NCBI RefSeq assembly: GCF_000400465.1
Contig: NW_008806304.1
Span: 5,938 to 37,937 of the forward strand
DNA length: 32,000 nt
Reading direction: 5' to 3'
Source of the DNA: Wallemia ichthyophaga EXF-994
Taxonomy: Eukaryota; Fungi; Basidiomycota
In this document: positions 1 to 11,400 of the stretch, in pieces
Layout: each line of letters opens with the position of its first letter
Position numbering within the stretch: the stretch's first letter is position 1
Translations under genes and position numbers: made by a program
Notes under the pieces: generated by a model
What the model was told of the DNA's origin: nothing
Seen by the model: only the letters and a program-made list of their open reading frames with translations
The model's database searches: none

Positions 1-484
1 AAGCCCTCACTTCTGGATAAGGACTGTCTTCTTCGTACTCCAATTCGAGCTTATCAAGAGACTGAGTTGGCGGGAACTGATGTGTGGATGTCGAAGCCTG
101 ATAAAGATCATCACTGTCAATATTCGACCATCTCTTCACTCTTTGAGCTGGAAAGACGGGATCTGCAGAAGGCGGACGCAATATGTCGTCGTGTGGATTC
201 AAATACTTCTCATCAAAGTTACTCAGCGGAGGCTGGTTGATTGAACTAGATTCCGAGGGCGGGAGCTCTCCTCTGTTTCCATCCGCTGTCGACGGTGGAC
301 CGAAAGCGAAGACATCGGCGTCTGAAGACTCGTCGTCGTCGTCATCATCCATATAGCTATCATTCTCGTAGACATCCTCGGGTAAATCCCCGCCGTCATG
401 ACTCGAAGATCTTATCGATCGCGGTATATTACTGTTCAGGCTGCTAGAAGATCGCGCTGTGAAGGGACGTCGCCTCGTGGACAT
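1..484 (-). CDS. Oligopeptide transporter (OPT/ISP4 family), N-terminal part; gene runs off the left edge of the window
   Basis: Manual translation from ATG at 484 is open to base 1: MSTRRRPF...acidic tail...LELEYEEDSPYPEVRA. EEDSPYPEVRA is the hallmark motif preceding TM1 in fungal OPT transporters. Missed by the ORF track because there is no stop in the window. Confidence 0.85.
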   Translation of the reverse strand, partial: MSTRRRPFTARSSSSLNSNIPRSIRSSSHDGGDLPEDVYENDSYMDDDDDDESSDADVFAFGPPSTADGNRGELPPSESSSINQPPLSNFDEKYLNPHDDILRPPSADPVFPAQRVKRWSNIDSDDLYQASTSTHQFPPTQSLDKLELEYEEDSPYPEVRA

Positions 485-558
485 ATCTCGACGTTGCGGT
501 TTGAGGAACCACTGGAATTTGACGGCAGATGTTGTAAAATAATATAAAATTGCAACAT

Positions 559-960
559 CTATAACAAATTATTACATATGTGAAGCATTGCGACAACTTT
601 CGCCCTGCTTATCTCGTCCTTGTTGCTCAAACCAAGTCCAACGACGCAAGTTGAGAATGGCAGCGGGGAACTTGATTTACTTCCTTTAAGAAGTAGCGTG
701 GCGATGGCGTTGGAAAGCAGCTGCTCCTGGTTCGTGAATTGTCCAAGTAGATTGAGTAGGTTGCTGTGCACTGACGGTTCGTAGTAGATCCCATCTATCA
801 GATCCGTAACATCTTCCTTGTCTTGTATATCAACCTGCACGAGCGAGCTTATTCTGCCAATCTCCGTCAATATCACCATCACTCGATCTTGGTAGATCTC
901 CAAACTGGCTTCGAATGGCCCCTGTTGAATGGTCTTGGTTGATGGAAATGCATTAGACAT
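559..960 (-). CDS. Proteasome assembly chaperone 3 (PAC3/PSMG3-like)
   Basis: 133-aa ORF. YQDRVMVILTEIGRISSLVQV, LNLLGQ and VVGLGL match the PAC3 pattern (F.x.ILVVVTQ.GK.G.LV ... LLG ... LLAVA), by recall of family motifs. Confidence 0.65.
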   Translation of the reverse strand: MSNAFPSTKTIQQGPFEASLEIYQDRVMVILTEIGRISSLVQVDIQDKEDVTDLIDGIYYEPSVHSNLLNLLGQFTNQEQLLSNAIATLLLKGSKSSSPLPFSTCVVGLGLSNKDEISRAKVVAMLHICNNLL

Positions 961-1286
961 GTTTTGTAGCCTGTTATAGCCTTCTGTTGACTGATACTTG
1001 CGAACCCAAGATTGAGCTCATCACGAGACGTGTTATCATCATTATCACTCGAATTTACTTTCCTATTATTTCCGCAGATTATTTAATATAACCACTTTAG
1101 TAAGACCACCGCATGCGCGTATGAGTAATTTGAGTCAAATTTTCACACCACCTTCTAAATACGGAAACAGATTAAAATTCACTTTAATTTCAAGATGCTT
1201 CTTCAACTTAGTCTTTTAGTTAATCTCTAAATCTACTCCCTTATTTTGCTTTGAAAGTAAATTGAGCAGGTCTCAAACAACATAAT

Positions 1287-3347
1287 ATGCTTTTTCGTTC
1301 ATTTATTATTGCAACTTTAGCTAGTCTTTCAATAGCGGTTCCAACACCACGCCAACAAGATCTTGTTGATCAACACTTCAAGAACAAAGTACAAGAGCAA
1401 AATCACTTGGAAAGTCGAGACGACTGTACTATTTACGAACCTTACTGGACAGGCGTTGAATGGACACAGTTCGACGAATTTGATCCAGCCTTGGCTGAAA
1501 TTTTCAGATACCGTCAGCAACAATCAGTCAATTTAGGTTCATGGTAAGTGTCTTGCATTGCATTCGGCAAATCACCTAACCAATCTATCAGGTTTCTCGC
1601 TGAAAAGTGGATGGTACCCTCCTTATTCAGATGTGCAGCTGGTCTGCAAGCATCTGAATTAGACATTGCTAGAGGTTGGAATGGAATGCAAAATGCTCGC
1701 CAGATACTCGAAAGACATTGGGATACGTTTATTACCGAAGATGACTTTAGATGGTTGTCTGAAATTGGTATTAATACCGTTAGAATTCCCATCGGTGGGT
1801 CTTTTTTTTCATTCAGGCGATCCTTCCACTCACATACATCAGGATACTGGGGTGTCAGCAATCAATTCCTTTGGGGTACAGACTTTGACGGACTCGGAGA
1901 AGTTTATGGTGGACAATGGGCAAGAATCAGAAGAGCTGTTCATTGGGCTTCTATCTATAACATTGGTGTACTCATCGATCTTCACGGTGCACCAGGATCC
2001 GCAAACGGTCAACACATTTCCGGTACCTCAAGTGACAGAGTCGGTTTATTCGTAGATGAATTCAATCTGCAAAAAACTCAAGATGTTTTGGTATATTTAA
2101 CAGAGCAATTCACCTGGGTTAATAACATTGTCGGTATTCAGATTCTCAACGAACCTGAATACGGCACAGACTGGCTTGAAGCATATTATGATAGATGGTT
2201 GGGTGCGATGAGAGCAGTGCCGGGTGCTGAAGACCTGCCTCTCTACATTCACGATGCATTCGATCTCGGCAGATACGCTGGCTACATCGCAGGAAGAAGT
2301 GACTTCGTAGTAGAGGACCACCACTCTTACTTTGTTTACACGGACGAAGACGCCAACACTCCTGCATGGTTACACGCACAGCACGTCTTAGGACCTGTTC
2401 GATTGGGCTTGGAAAAGGAATCTACTGTCGCCAGACGCAACTTGATTATTGGTGAATGGTCTTGTGCGCTTACTGCTGCTTCGCTGGCCAATGCAGAGGA
2501 TCCTGCCAACTCTCGCTGGTGGTTCTGTTCAAACGAAGAATCAGTCTATAGAAATGTCAGCGCTGGTTGGCACTTCTGGTCTTACAGGACTGAGGACTGT
2601 GACGTGAATCCTAACTGGTGTTTCCTCAGATCAGTTGGTAACGCCTTACCTGCAACTTTCTCTGCATTCGGGCCTGACAGACCACCACACATCAATCAAC
2701 AAGAAACAGAATCCATCGAATCATTGCAACTGCCTTACATCGACTCTATTCTCGGAGACTTGTCAGGAGCATTTACCTCTTGGTTCGGTTTAGGTGCAGC
2801 TCCACCTGGTGTTTACCGTCGTGACAGACCCGAGAATCACGGAAATGGATACGGTCACGATGATGGCGACCACTTCGATGCATGGTACAAACACAACGGA
2901 GGTGTATGGCAGACTGAAGAGACTCAATTTGAAGACTACAATGCGACAAAGTCATCTGATGAAGTTGATAGTGAAAATGCACGCCAAGCAATCAATAACG
3001 GTGCCTCACAAGTAAAGCCAATGTTGAACAACTTGCTCGATCCAAGTTCATTTATCGCATCGCTTCAGTCAGCAACGGCAAATCCATATTCCGCAACAAG
3101 CTACGATCCAGCTACCATGTCCGAAGCCGCTGCTAGAGTTAGAGGATACAGTGACGGATTCGGCTTAGCGAGGAAGTTTGCAGCATTCAACTTGTCGAAG
3201 GTTGGATTTACTGGGCAATGGATCAATACAAACGTCGGTCGTTTACTTGAGAATGACGATTTGATGCAAGAGAACATTCAAACATACGCTGATCACTTTG
3301 GACGTGGTCTGCAGGACGCTGAGTCGAGAGTACTTGAAATGTTTTAA
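1287..3347 (+). CDS. Secreted glycoside hydrolase family 5 (exo-beta-1,3-glucanase-like) with C-terminal extension
   Basis: Signal peptide MLFRSFIIATLASLSIA. Introns 1544-1591 and 1795-1842 (48 nt each) give VNLGSWFLAEKWM and RIPIGYW. Other motifs: IDLHGAPGSAN, acid/base NEP, HHSY, nucleophile IGEWS. Confidence 0.9.
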
Positions 3348-3438
3348 CTTAATTGGATTAGATTTTTGCTTTTAACTGAAAAATGCTTTTATTTATTTTT
3401 GTAACCACATTCATACACAAGACATTCTTTTGAACGTA

Positions 3439-4858
3439 ATGTCATCATCGTTTGATAAGATTTCTAAGTTATTTTCAGATATTCTGTTCACGAAGAAGGG
3501 GTTGCTGCTGGCCAGTGTTGGAGTTATCGCGCTCGAGGTACTCCTCACGCATTTCATCATTCAATTTGTGCCGTATACTGAGATTGATTGGAAGGCGTAC
3601 ATGCAACAGGCGAAAATGTTCAAAGAGGGCAAAATCACTCAATACGACCAAATTGAAGGCGATACTGGTCCACTAGTATATCCAGCACTACATCTCTACG
3701 CCTACACGGCACTGTCTCATGTCACGAATGCTGGTACTAATATCAAGTATGCGCAGGCAATATTCCAAGGTATCTATATCTTCACAATGACGATAGTAAT
3801 AGCCATCTACAACAAGACTGAAGCAGTGAGACTATCATCATTTGATTGATCCTAGGCTAATCAGCTGCTTCCAAATAGGTACCCCCTTACATTCTACCAC
3901 TGCTAGCCTTGTCGAAACGCTTACACAGCATATACGTTCTCAGGCTGTTCAACGATTGCGTAGGGATAGGCATATTCTACGTCTCTCTGTTGGATTTGAT
4001 GAAGAGGCGGCATTTCCGATCAGCCGTGCTCTTCTCCTTGGCAGTCGGTGTGAAGATGAATGTTCTGCTCTTCTTACCTGCGTATGCTGTCGTATACGTT
4101 CTACAAGGGGGATTATACGAAAGCGTAAAGCTTGGTGTGAGTATGATTTCAATACAAATCCTAATAGCACGGCCGTTCCTGCGAACCGATGGCATAGCTT
4201 ACTTGAGTCGGGCATTTAATCTCTCGCGACAATTCTTGTTCAAGTGGACAGTCAATTGGAGGTTTATTGGTGAAGATGTATTCCTCAGTAGGGAGTTCTC
4301 AAATGCTTTGCTAGCCATACACATCACACTCCTAGCTTTGTTTGCTTGGTTCAAGTGGCTGCCGAGGGATGATGCCGGCTCGTTTGACATCGTTCGACAC
4401 ACATTCAAGCACCCCTCGAGACGACCACTATCAAGTCCCTTGTCAGCGAAAGGTAGCTTCCAACGATAATCAATTTACAGCTAACACAAGATGACAGAGA
4501 TAGCGCGGATTGTCTTTACGTGCAATTTGATTGGTGTTGTTTGTGCGAGGTCATTGCACTACCAATTCTATTCGTGGGTGTTTTCTTGTCTTACTTCCCA
4601 ACAAGTGCCCAAGCTCACTCAAATTTCATCACAGATGGTACGCACACCAGATACCTTTCTTATCATACACGACACGCTACCCATTGATAATCAAGTGAGT
4701 ACTGCTCTGCGTAGATGAGGTTTTCCAACAAACACCAAAGGATCGCACTGTGCGTTGCAATTGAGTATGCGTGGAATGTGTTTCCGTCTACCGACCTCAG
4801 CAGCGGAGTTCTGCTAGCTGCTAACTCTCTATTACTGCTCGGACAAGCATATGCATGA
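3439..4858 (+). CDS. ALG3: Dol-P-Man:Man5GlcNAc2-PP-Dol alpha-1,3-mannosyltransferase
   Basis: Motifs [75 protein letters not shown]. Introns 3826-3878, 4453-4497, 4574-4634 and 4695-4740 join the ORF pieces in frame. Confidence 0.95.
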
Positions 4859-5070
4859 AATTGTAGAAAACGGGAAATGTAAAAACAATGTATAGATGTG
4901 TGTATAATTTCCAAATCTGGCCGGATGGGGATACGGGGGATGAACGGGTGAAAGAGATACAGCAACTTCATCAGCGCTAGAAGACGCTGCATTATCTATT
5001 AAAAGATATGAAGAATGACAAGTCGAAATTCTCAGCTTACGCGTCATCATCAGCTTGATAGCAAACCATC

Positions 5071-6324
5071 ATGACGGCGGAAATAAAGCCAGCAGGTGGC
5101 GTACAGAGCTACTATACGTCGAAAATAGAGGAATCTGAGTTAGCTATTCACGAACGCACGCAAAATCTGAGAAGATTGGAAGCCCAGCGAAATGCATTAA
5201 ATACAAAAGGTGGGATTGGAGAAAGTTGACTGCGATGAGGCCATGCTAACAACGACACACCAAAAGTACGGCTGCTTAGAGAAGAATTGCAATTGCTTCA
5301 AGAACCAGGCAGTTACGTTGGAGAAGTGGTAAAAGTAATGGACAAGACTAAAATATTGGTTAAGGTGCAGCCAGAAGGTAAATTCATCGTCGATTTCTCT
5401 CAAGATATTAAGCTTGAAGATCTCAAACCCTCATTGAGAGTTGCGTTGAGATCGGATAGCTATACGCTTCACAAGATACTTCCTAACAAGGTTGATCCAT
5501 TAGTCTCACTTATGATGGTCGAGAAGGTGCCTGATTCAACTTATGAGAACGTTGGTGGATTAGACAAGCAGATCAAGGAAATCAAAGAGGTTATTGAATT
5601 GCCAGTCAAGCATCCAGAGCTATTCGAATCTTTGGGTATTGCTCAGCCAAAGGGTGTTTTGCTCTATGGTCCTCCAGGTACTGGTAAAACATTGCTTGCA
5701 AGAGCCGTTGCACACCACACAGACTGTGCGTTCATTAGGGTGTCTGGCTCTGAATTGGTTCAAAAGTACATTGGTGAGGGATCTAGAATGGTGAGAGAAT
5801 TATTCGTTATGGCTAGAGATCACGCTCCATCCATCATATTCATGGATGAGATTGATTCCATCGGTTCATCAAGAGGTGAATCAGGCACTGGTGGTGGTGA
5901 TTCTGAAGTACAGAGAACTATGTTAGAATTGCTTAATCAGTTGGATGGATTTGAGTCTTCTAAGAACATCAAGGTCGTTATGGCTACCAACCGTATTGAC
6001 ATATTGGATTCCGCTCTATTGAGACCAGGCAGAATCGACAGAAAGATTGAATTTCCACCTCCAGGCCCTGAAGCTAGAATATCAATTTTGAAGATTCACT
6101 CAAGGAAAATGTCGTTGCAGCGTGGGATCGATTTCAAGTCATTGGCGGAGAAGATGGGTAACTGCTCAGGTGCAGAGGTGAAGGGAATATGTACAGAGGC
6201 TGGTATGTATGCGCTAAGAGAACGTCGTCAACACGTCAGCAACGAAGACTTTGAATTGGCAGTTTCCAAGGTATTGAAGAGAGCTGCGGAGACTAACACA
6301 TCGTCAAACAAGCTGTTTACTTAG
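5071..6324 (+). CDS. RPT6: 26S proteasome regulatory AAA-ATPase subunit Rpt6 (PSMC5)
   Basis: ATG 5071, intron 5210-5266, gives [35 protein letters not shown]. Walker A GPPGTGKT, Walker [21 protein letters not shown]. Confidence 0.97.
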
Positions 6325-6408
6325 AGTATGAAAGAGAGAAAGATAAAAGATTTGATTTGATTTGATAACAATGAATTGATTTAACTGTTCACTTTGCTTT
6401 ATTCGCTG

Positions 6409-6857
6409 ATGTCATTGAGCAGCAATAATAATAATAATCCAGGTATGTTGGGTTGATTTGCCAGGTATACGTCAACTCAATCCAAGCAGAAGATCTAATA
6501 ACATTGGTAAAGTCACCTAGTGTTCAACGTCCTCGCATACCAAAGCTACCAACAGAGCTTCATCCACTGCCACCAGACATATCGGCGTACTTTGTCTACC
6601 CATTGAGCTTAGAGCCATATACATTGGATCTCCTGCCAAAACTACGCCATAATGCCAACATGGAGCATGACAAGCACGTCAACTACCTCAATGAACGCAA
6701 TGCATTGATTGAGAGCAAGAAGCGGGAGGAGATGAAGAGGGTGGCACCAGGCTGGAATGGTGCATGGGATACGCTAGAGCCATCAACGCTGAGCAAGAGC
6801 AAGGGTAAGAGTGTGGATGATGAATTGGTGGAGGGTTTGGAGAGGCTGGCCAAATGA
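6409..6857 (+). CDS. Small hypothetical protein (LHPLPPDISAYFVYP motif), function unknown
   Basis: ATG 6409, 47-nt intron 6443-6489 joins MSLSSNNNNNP to EDLITLVKSP... The ORF fills the gap between RPT6 and TRM4. Confidence 0.65.
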
Positions 6858-6911
6858 GTTTATGTATAAATGTGTAATTCTAGATAACAATGAAATTCTA
6901 ATGAGATTGCT

Positions 6912-9259
6912 CTATTCTGTGGCTGGGAGTGGTGCTGGAGTTTCCAGCGGTTGATCGGATAGATCGGTTGGTTGTGATTTTGACTCGATTGTCTCAGCGT
7001 TGTCCTGTTCTTTTTTCTCCTCATTCTCCCCTTCCTTCTCCAAAGCATTCTCCGCAGCACTCTTCATTCTCTCCTCCCTCTGTTTCTGCACTTCAGCCTG
7101 CTTCCTGCCGGCTTCAGAGAGGTCTTCGCCAAACAACCTCAAGCTCAAAGCACTCCTTTCCTTCTTATCAACCATCATACTAACGCTTGTCTTAGATTTC
7201 CACAGCGGGACATAGACAGGCTGACTAAGGCCATTTTCGCCATTATCGAGGCTGAACTCGACAATATGACTACCAGAGTGGGTGTTTTGGAGAACATCCC
7301 TCAGCTCGCCATTCGCACCACCAATGGAGCTAATGACAGGATGGTAGTGCTCGACGAATGACTTCAAGTCATCAGGTGTACCTCTGAAAATGGCCTGTGG
7401 AGGGAGGTACTTTTTTACGAAGCTTACACTCTCATTAGTCACTCTCCATTTGCATCTGTTCACTATATCCTTCTCCTCGTCCGAGAATGCCCTCTGATTA
7501 TCTTGCTTGACAAAGAGCTTTACACCGCTGCTAATCAGTCGCAGTCTCGTGTAATCGTTGCTGTGGAGTATGTTCCTTACTAGATCGGATGTCAGATATA
7601 TCGTTCTACCTGCTTCGCGGTTGGGGTTTCGGACGAGTAGGTTGCGTCTAGGGAACGTGTCGTCGAATTTGTAGTACGCGGTGAACGATTTCACATCCTC
7701 GTCATGCTCGTCGAGGTAGCTGAATGGATCTTCTTTGAACGTCGTGTCTGGTTGGACCTTGCCTTTTTCTGCACTAGGTTCATCTTTCTTGGATTTCTTC
7801 TGTGGACGTTGATTGTTTGTAGTGAGCGATTGTGGGCTTAGGGGACGTTTGGTGGAGTCTGCTGGGGGTTGTTGGGGGGTTTCATCTATCTTTTCGAGCG
7901 ACTTTTCCTCCTTCTTTTCATCTGTTTTATCTTGTGTTTTCTCCTCCTTCTTCTCAAGCACGGCGATAAAGAAAGAGCCAGTGTCCTGTTGGTGAGAGTA
8001 GACACGGAGGCATCTCTCCAAAAGCATGTTATCAGCGTCTTGTTGAGAAGGTGGCCACATAGTTCTAGGCAGTTTATCATTCAGTCTGTCACGCTCTCTC
8101 TCATCTCTAGCATTTTCAATAAGGAGATCTCTATCACCAAAGTCGATTCCATCTCTAGCCGTATTGACGTGCCAATGTTTGAGACCTTCTTTCCGCTTAA
8201 GTTGTGGGAGTTCCTCAGCGGCGTCTACGAGAGACATTTGAGGGTTATCTCTCAAAGCAGCAGCTATAACAGCCTCATTCTCAACCGGATTAATTGAGCA
8301 CGTCGAGTAAACCAACCTGCCACCCGGTTTAAGGAGTTGTATACCGCGATTGAGGATGCGTAGTTGGAGGGTGTGTAGGCCATTTCCATTGTTGGGAGTC
8401 CAGTGAGACCAAATTTCAAGGTTTTTGCGCACAGTTCCATCACCAGTGCATGGGACATCGCAGAGAACTCTATCGAAGAGGAATTTAGATCTGGCTTGGG
8501 TGGTGGGGTTGGTGGTGTAGATGTTAGGGAAGCTGGTAGCGTCATGATTAGTGACCATGATGTTCGGTGAAGGAAGGCGTGAGGTTTGATGTACGAGCAA
8601 GTAAGCGCGTTTGTTATCGCTGTCGTTGGCAACTACTAGGCCGGTGGGGTCGGTGTGTGGATCGGAGTGGAGGGCTTCTAAGAGCTGAGCAGTTTTAGAG
8701 CCAGGAGCAGCACACATGTCAATTGCAGAGTGGTGTGGATCCATTTTAAGGAGGAGTGGAGGAATCATAGAAACAGCCTCTTGACGGCTAATGTTTCCCG
8801 CTTCATTCTCGTAAACAAGGAAGTTTTGGAATTTCTTGAACTCGGGGGATTTTCTAATTTGCTGCTTAGTGAGGTTTAGTTGCCAAGCTAGACCGTCGGG
8901 GTACCTGAGGGAGGCATTAGAAGGTAGATAATAAATCAACATCTAACCCACCAATCAAGCTGCTTTGGAGGTGGTAGCTGTACACCATCGAGCTTAGCCT
9001 GTGATAGGAAAGGAATATAAGTCTTCTTGATGTGTTGATTGAGATCGTTGGCCGTGGATTTATTGCCAGTGATTCTGAAGGAAGTTGGGAGGAGTTGTTT
9101 GGCAGTATGGATAAAGCTGTTCCACTCTCCATCATCCAATAGATTCTGTGACTTGTAGTATTTGTCGAATAGAGGATTCTGATTGGTGAGTCCTTTTTGT
9201 TCTGTGGGCTGCCTAGTGTTTTTTATAGGCTGCTTCTTATTTCCCCATTTCTTTGGCAT
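6912..9259 (-). CDS. NCL1: Multisite tRNA (cytosine-C5)-methyltransferase (NSUN2/Trm4)
   Basis: Motifs GNISRQEAVSMIPPL, DMCAAPGSKTAQ, FDRVLCDVPCTGDG, LVYSTCSINPVENEAV (both catalytic Cys). Intron 8905-8951 joins QLDW-YPDGLAW. Confidence 0.95.
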
Positions 9260-9290
9260 TTTTGAAGGATCAACGTTGGAAACAACAGCG

Positions 9291-11328
9291 ATGGCATCTA
9301 ATCAATCAATTGCAGGTGGTTGGAATAATTTGAATCCAAATCTAAATAAATGGATTGAGGATTATCTTATAGAAATCGGTTACACCCAAATGACTCCTGT
9401 TCAAGCCTCTACAATTCCTCTATTCAGGGCTAATAAGGATGTTGTAGTCGAGGCTGTCACTGGCAGTGGCAAGACGCTGTCATTCTTAATTCCCATCCTA
9501 GAGAAATACACTCAGCTACACTCCCAACTCCAGCCATCCGATGTCTTCTCCCTGATCATCACCCCCACACGCGAATTAGCCATTCAAACGTACAATCAAC
9601 TCCAACTAATCCTCTCTGCTGCCCCTTTCAACCCTCCTCCTCCCCTTCTACTCGTCTCTGACCCTGATTCCTCCGTTCACGACGACCGCAAGCGCTTCTC
9701 CACACTCAACTCACACATCCTCATTGGTACTCCTGGTAGAGTTGAGGAATTCATCGGCGGCAATAAAGGTACAAAAGGCCGCGGTAAAGGTACTGGCAGG
9801 TATTCCAATTTCGAAGTCTTAGTCCTCGATGAGGCTGATAGACTCCTTGATTTGGGTTTCATGGGTGTGCTCAAGTCCATTGTCTCACACCTACCCAAGC
9901 AAAGACGCACAGGTCTCTTCTCTGCCACCATGACCGACCAGTTAGGCAACTTGATAGCCGTAGGACTGCGCAATCCGAGCAAAATTGTCGTCAAGGTGAC
10001 TAGCAAATCACGCAAACAAGAAATATCGGAGAGGCGCACACCAGCAGAGCTACACAATACCTATATTATCATTCAACAGCGCGATAAATTGGCTTATCTG
10101 CTAAAATTCCTCAAGGACCAACTATTAGACGGTAATAACAAGATGATAGTTTACTTCCCCACATGTGCCACTGTAGACTATATTTACACCATCCTCAAGC
10201 AATTACCGGGGAGTTATGCGCCGTCGTCATCTTCCACCACCTTGCACAGCCTCCACGGCCACATCCCCCCACCCAAGCGCACAGCCGCACTCACCGCCTT
10301 CACTAATGCACCCTCAGCCATCCTTCTCTGTACAGATGTAGCAGCGCGTGGAATAGACTTGCCAGATGTAGACATAGTAGTGCAATGGGAAGCACCTGCG
10401 GATACGCGCTCCTTCTCGCACCGGGTGGGCCGGACCGCTCGAGCGGGAGCGCGAGGCAAGGCCTTGCTGATGTTATCTGCGGGTAGCGAAGAGGGATATG
10501 TGGAGTTTGTACGTGGGCGGCAGATCCCCCTAACGCCACACGCGCCCATCACACTCACGGATGCACCCGACGCAGATGAGTTGTGTGGGCGTGTGCGCAG
10601 TGTGCTTCTACGCGATAGGAAACTGCACGATATGGCCGTCAGGGCACTCACGTCTACTGTGCGCGCCTATTCGAAACATGAACAGGTGTTTCTGTTCCGC
10701 GTTCAACAACTAGATATTGCGGGGCTGGCTACCGCTCTTGGCCTTCTACGTCTGCCTAAAATGCCCGAATTGAGGGGGCGTGATGACCTCGCCGCGTGGC
10801 GCGATGAGCCTGTAGATGTGAGTTGCCTTTGAGCATTGAGCATTGCGGTCGTGCTCCTCTCCTATCTCCCATCCCGCACACCCCCACTCACACACCTCGC
10901 AGTGGGATACTTACGCTTACGCTGACTCCGCACAGGAAGCTAAGCGTCTCAAGAAGCGGGATGAGAGTAAGAACGAGAATGAGCTCAAACATCCCTCCAA
11001 ACCACTCAAAGCTGAGGCTTGGTCCGTCAAGAAAGGCAACCGCGATAAACGCTCCTCTCAGAAAGAGAAGCGCGAGGCTAAACGGAGGCATGATAAGGCT
11101 GAGAGGATGAAGCAGCGTGAGGTTGGCAGCGCTGACAGCGCTGATAGCGCCGAAGAAAAAGAAGAAGAACAGGACTGGAAAGCTCACATCCTCGAGACAC
11201 GTGAGGCCAAGAAACTGAAACGACGCAAGTTGGACAAGCAGCAGGATAAAGACGAGGATGCAATGGAAATGGATGACGATGAGGATGTAAATGGAAACGG
11301 CAATGGTTTCACATTCGACGATCTCTAA
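9291..11328 (+). CDS. SPB4: DEAD-box RNA helicase Spb4 (DDX55), 60S biogenesis
   Basis: Motifs MTPVQASTIPLF, AVTGSGKT, LDEADRLLDLGF, LFSAT, HRVGRTARAG, GLLRLPKMPEL. Intron 10818-10902 joins EPVD-WDTYAYAD and the Lys/Glu-rich tail. Confidence 0.93.
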
Positions 11329-11400
11329 CGTATATATGGATATTTTAGATAGATATACTTATAATATATTACACTCTTCCTTTTCTACTTGTCCAACATT

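Noticed and set aside
7813-8297. Hydrophobic-looking plus-strand ORFs (e.g. 7869-8297)
   Set aside because: They are the reverse complement of the Lys/Glu-rich insertion of TRM4, which yields Phe/Leu/Ser-rich pseudo-TM translations.
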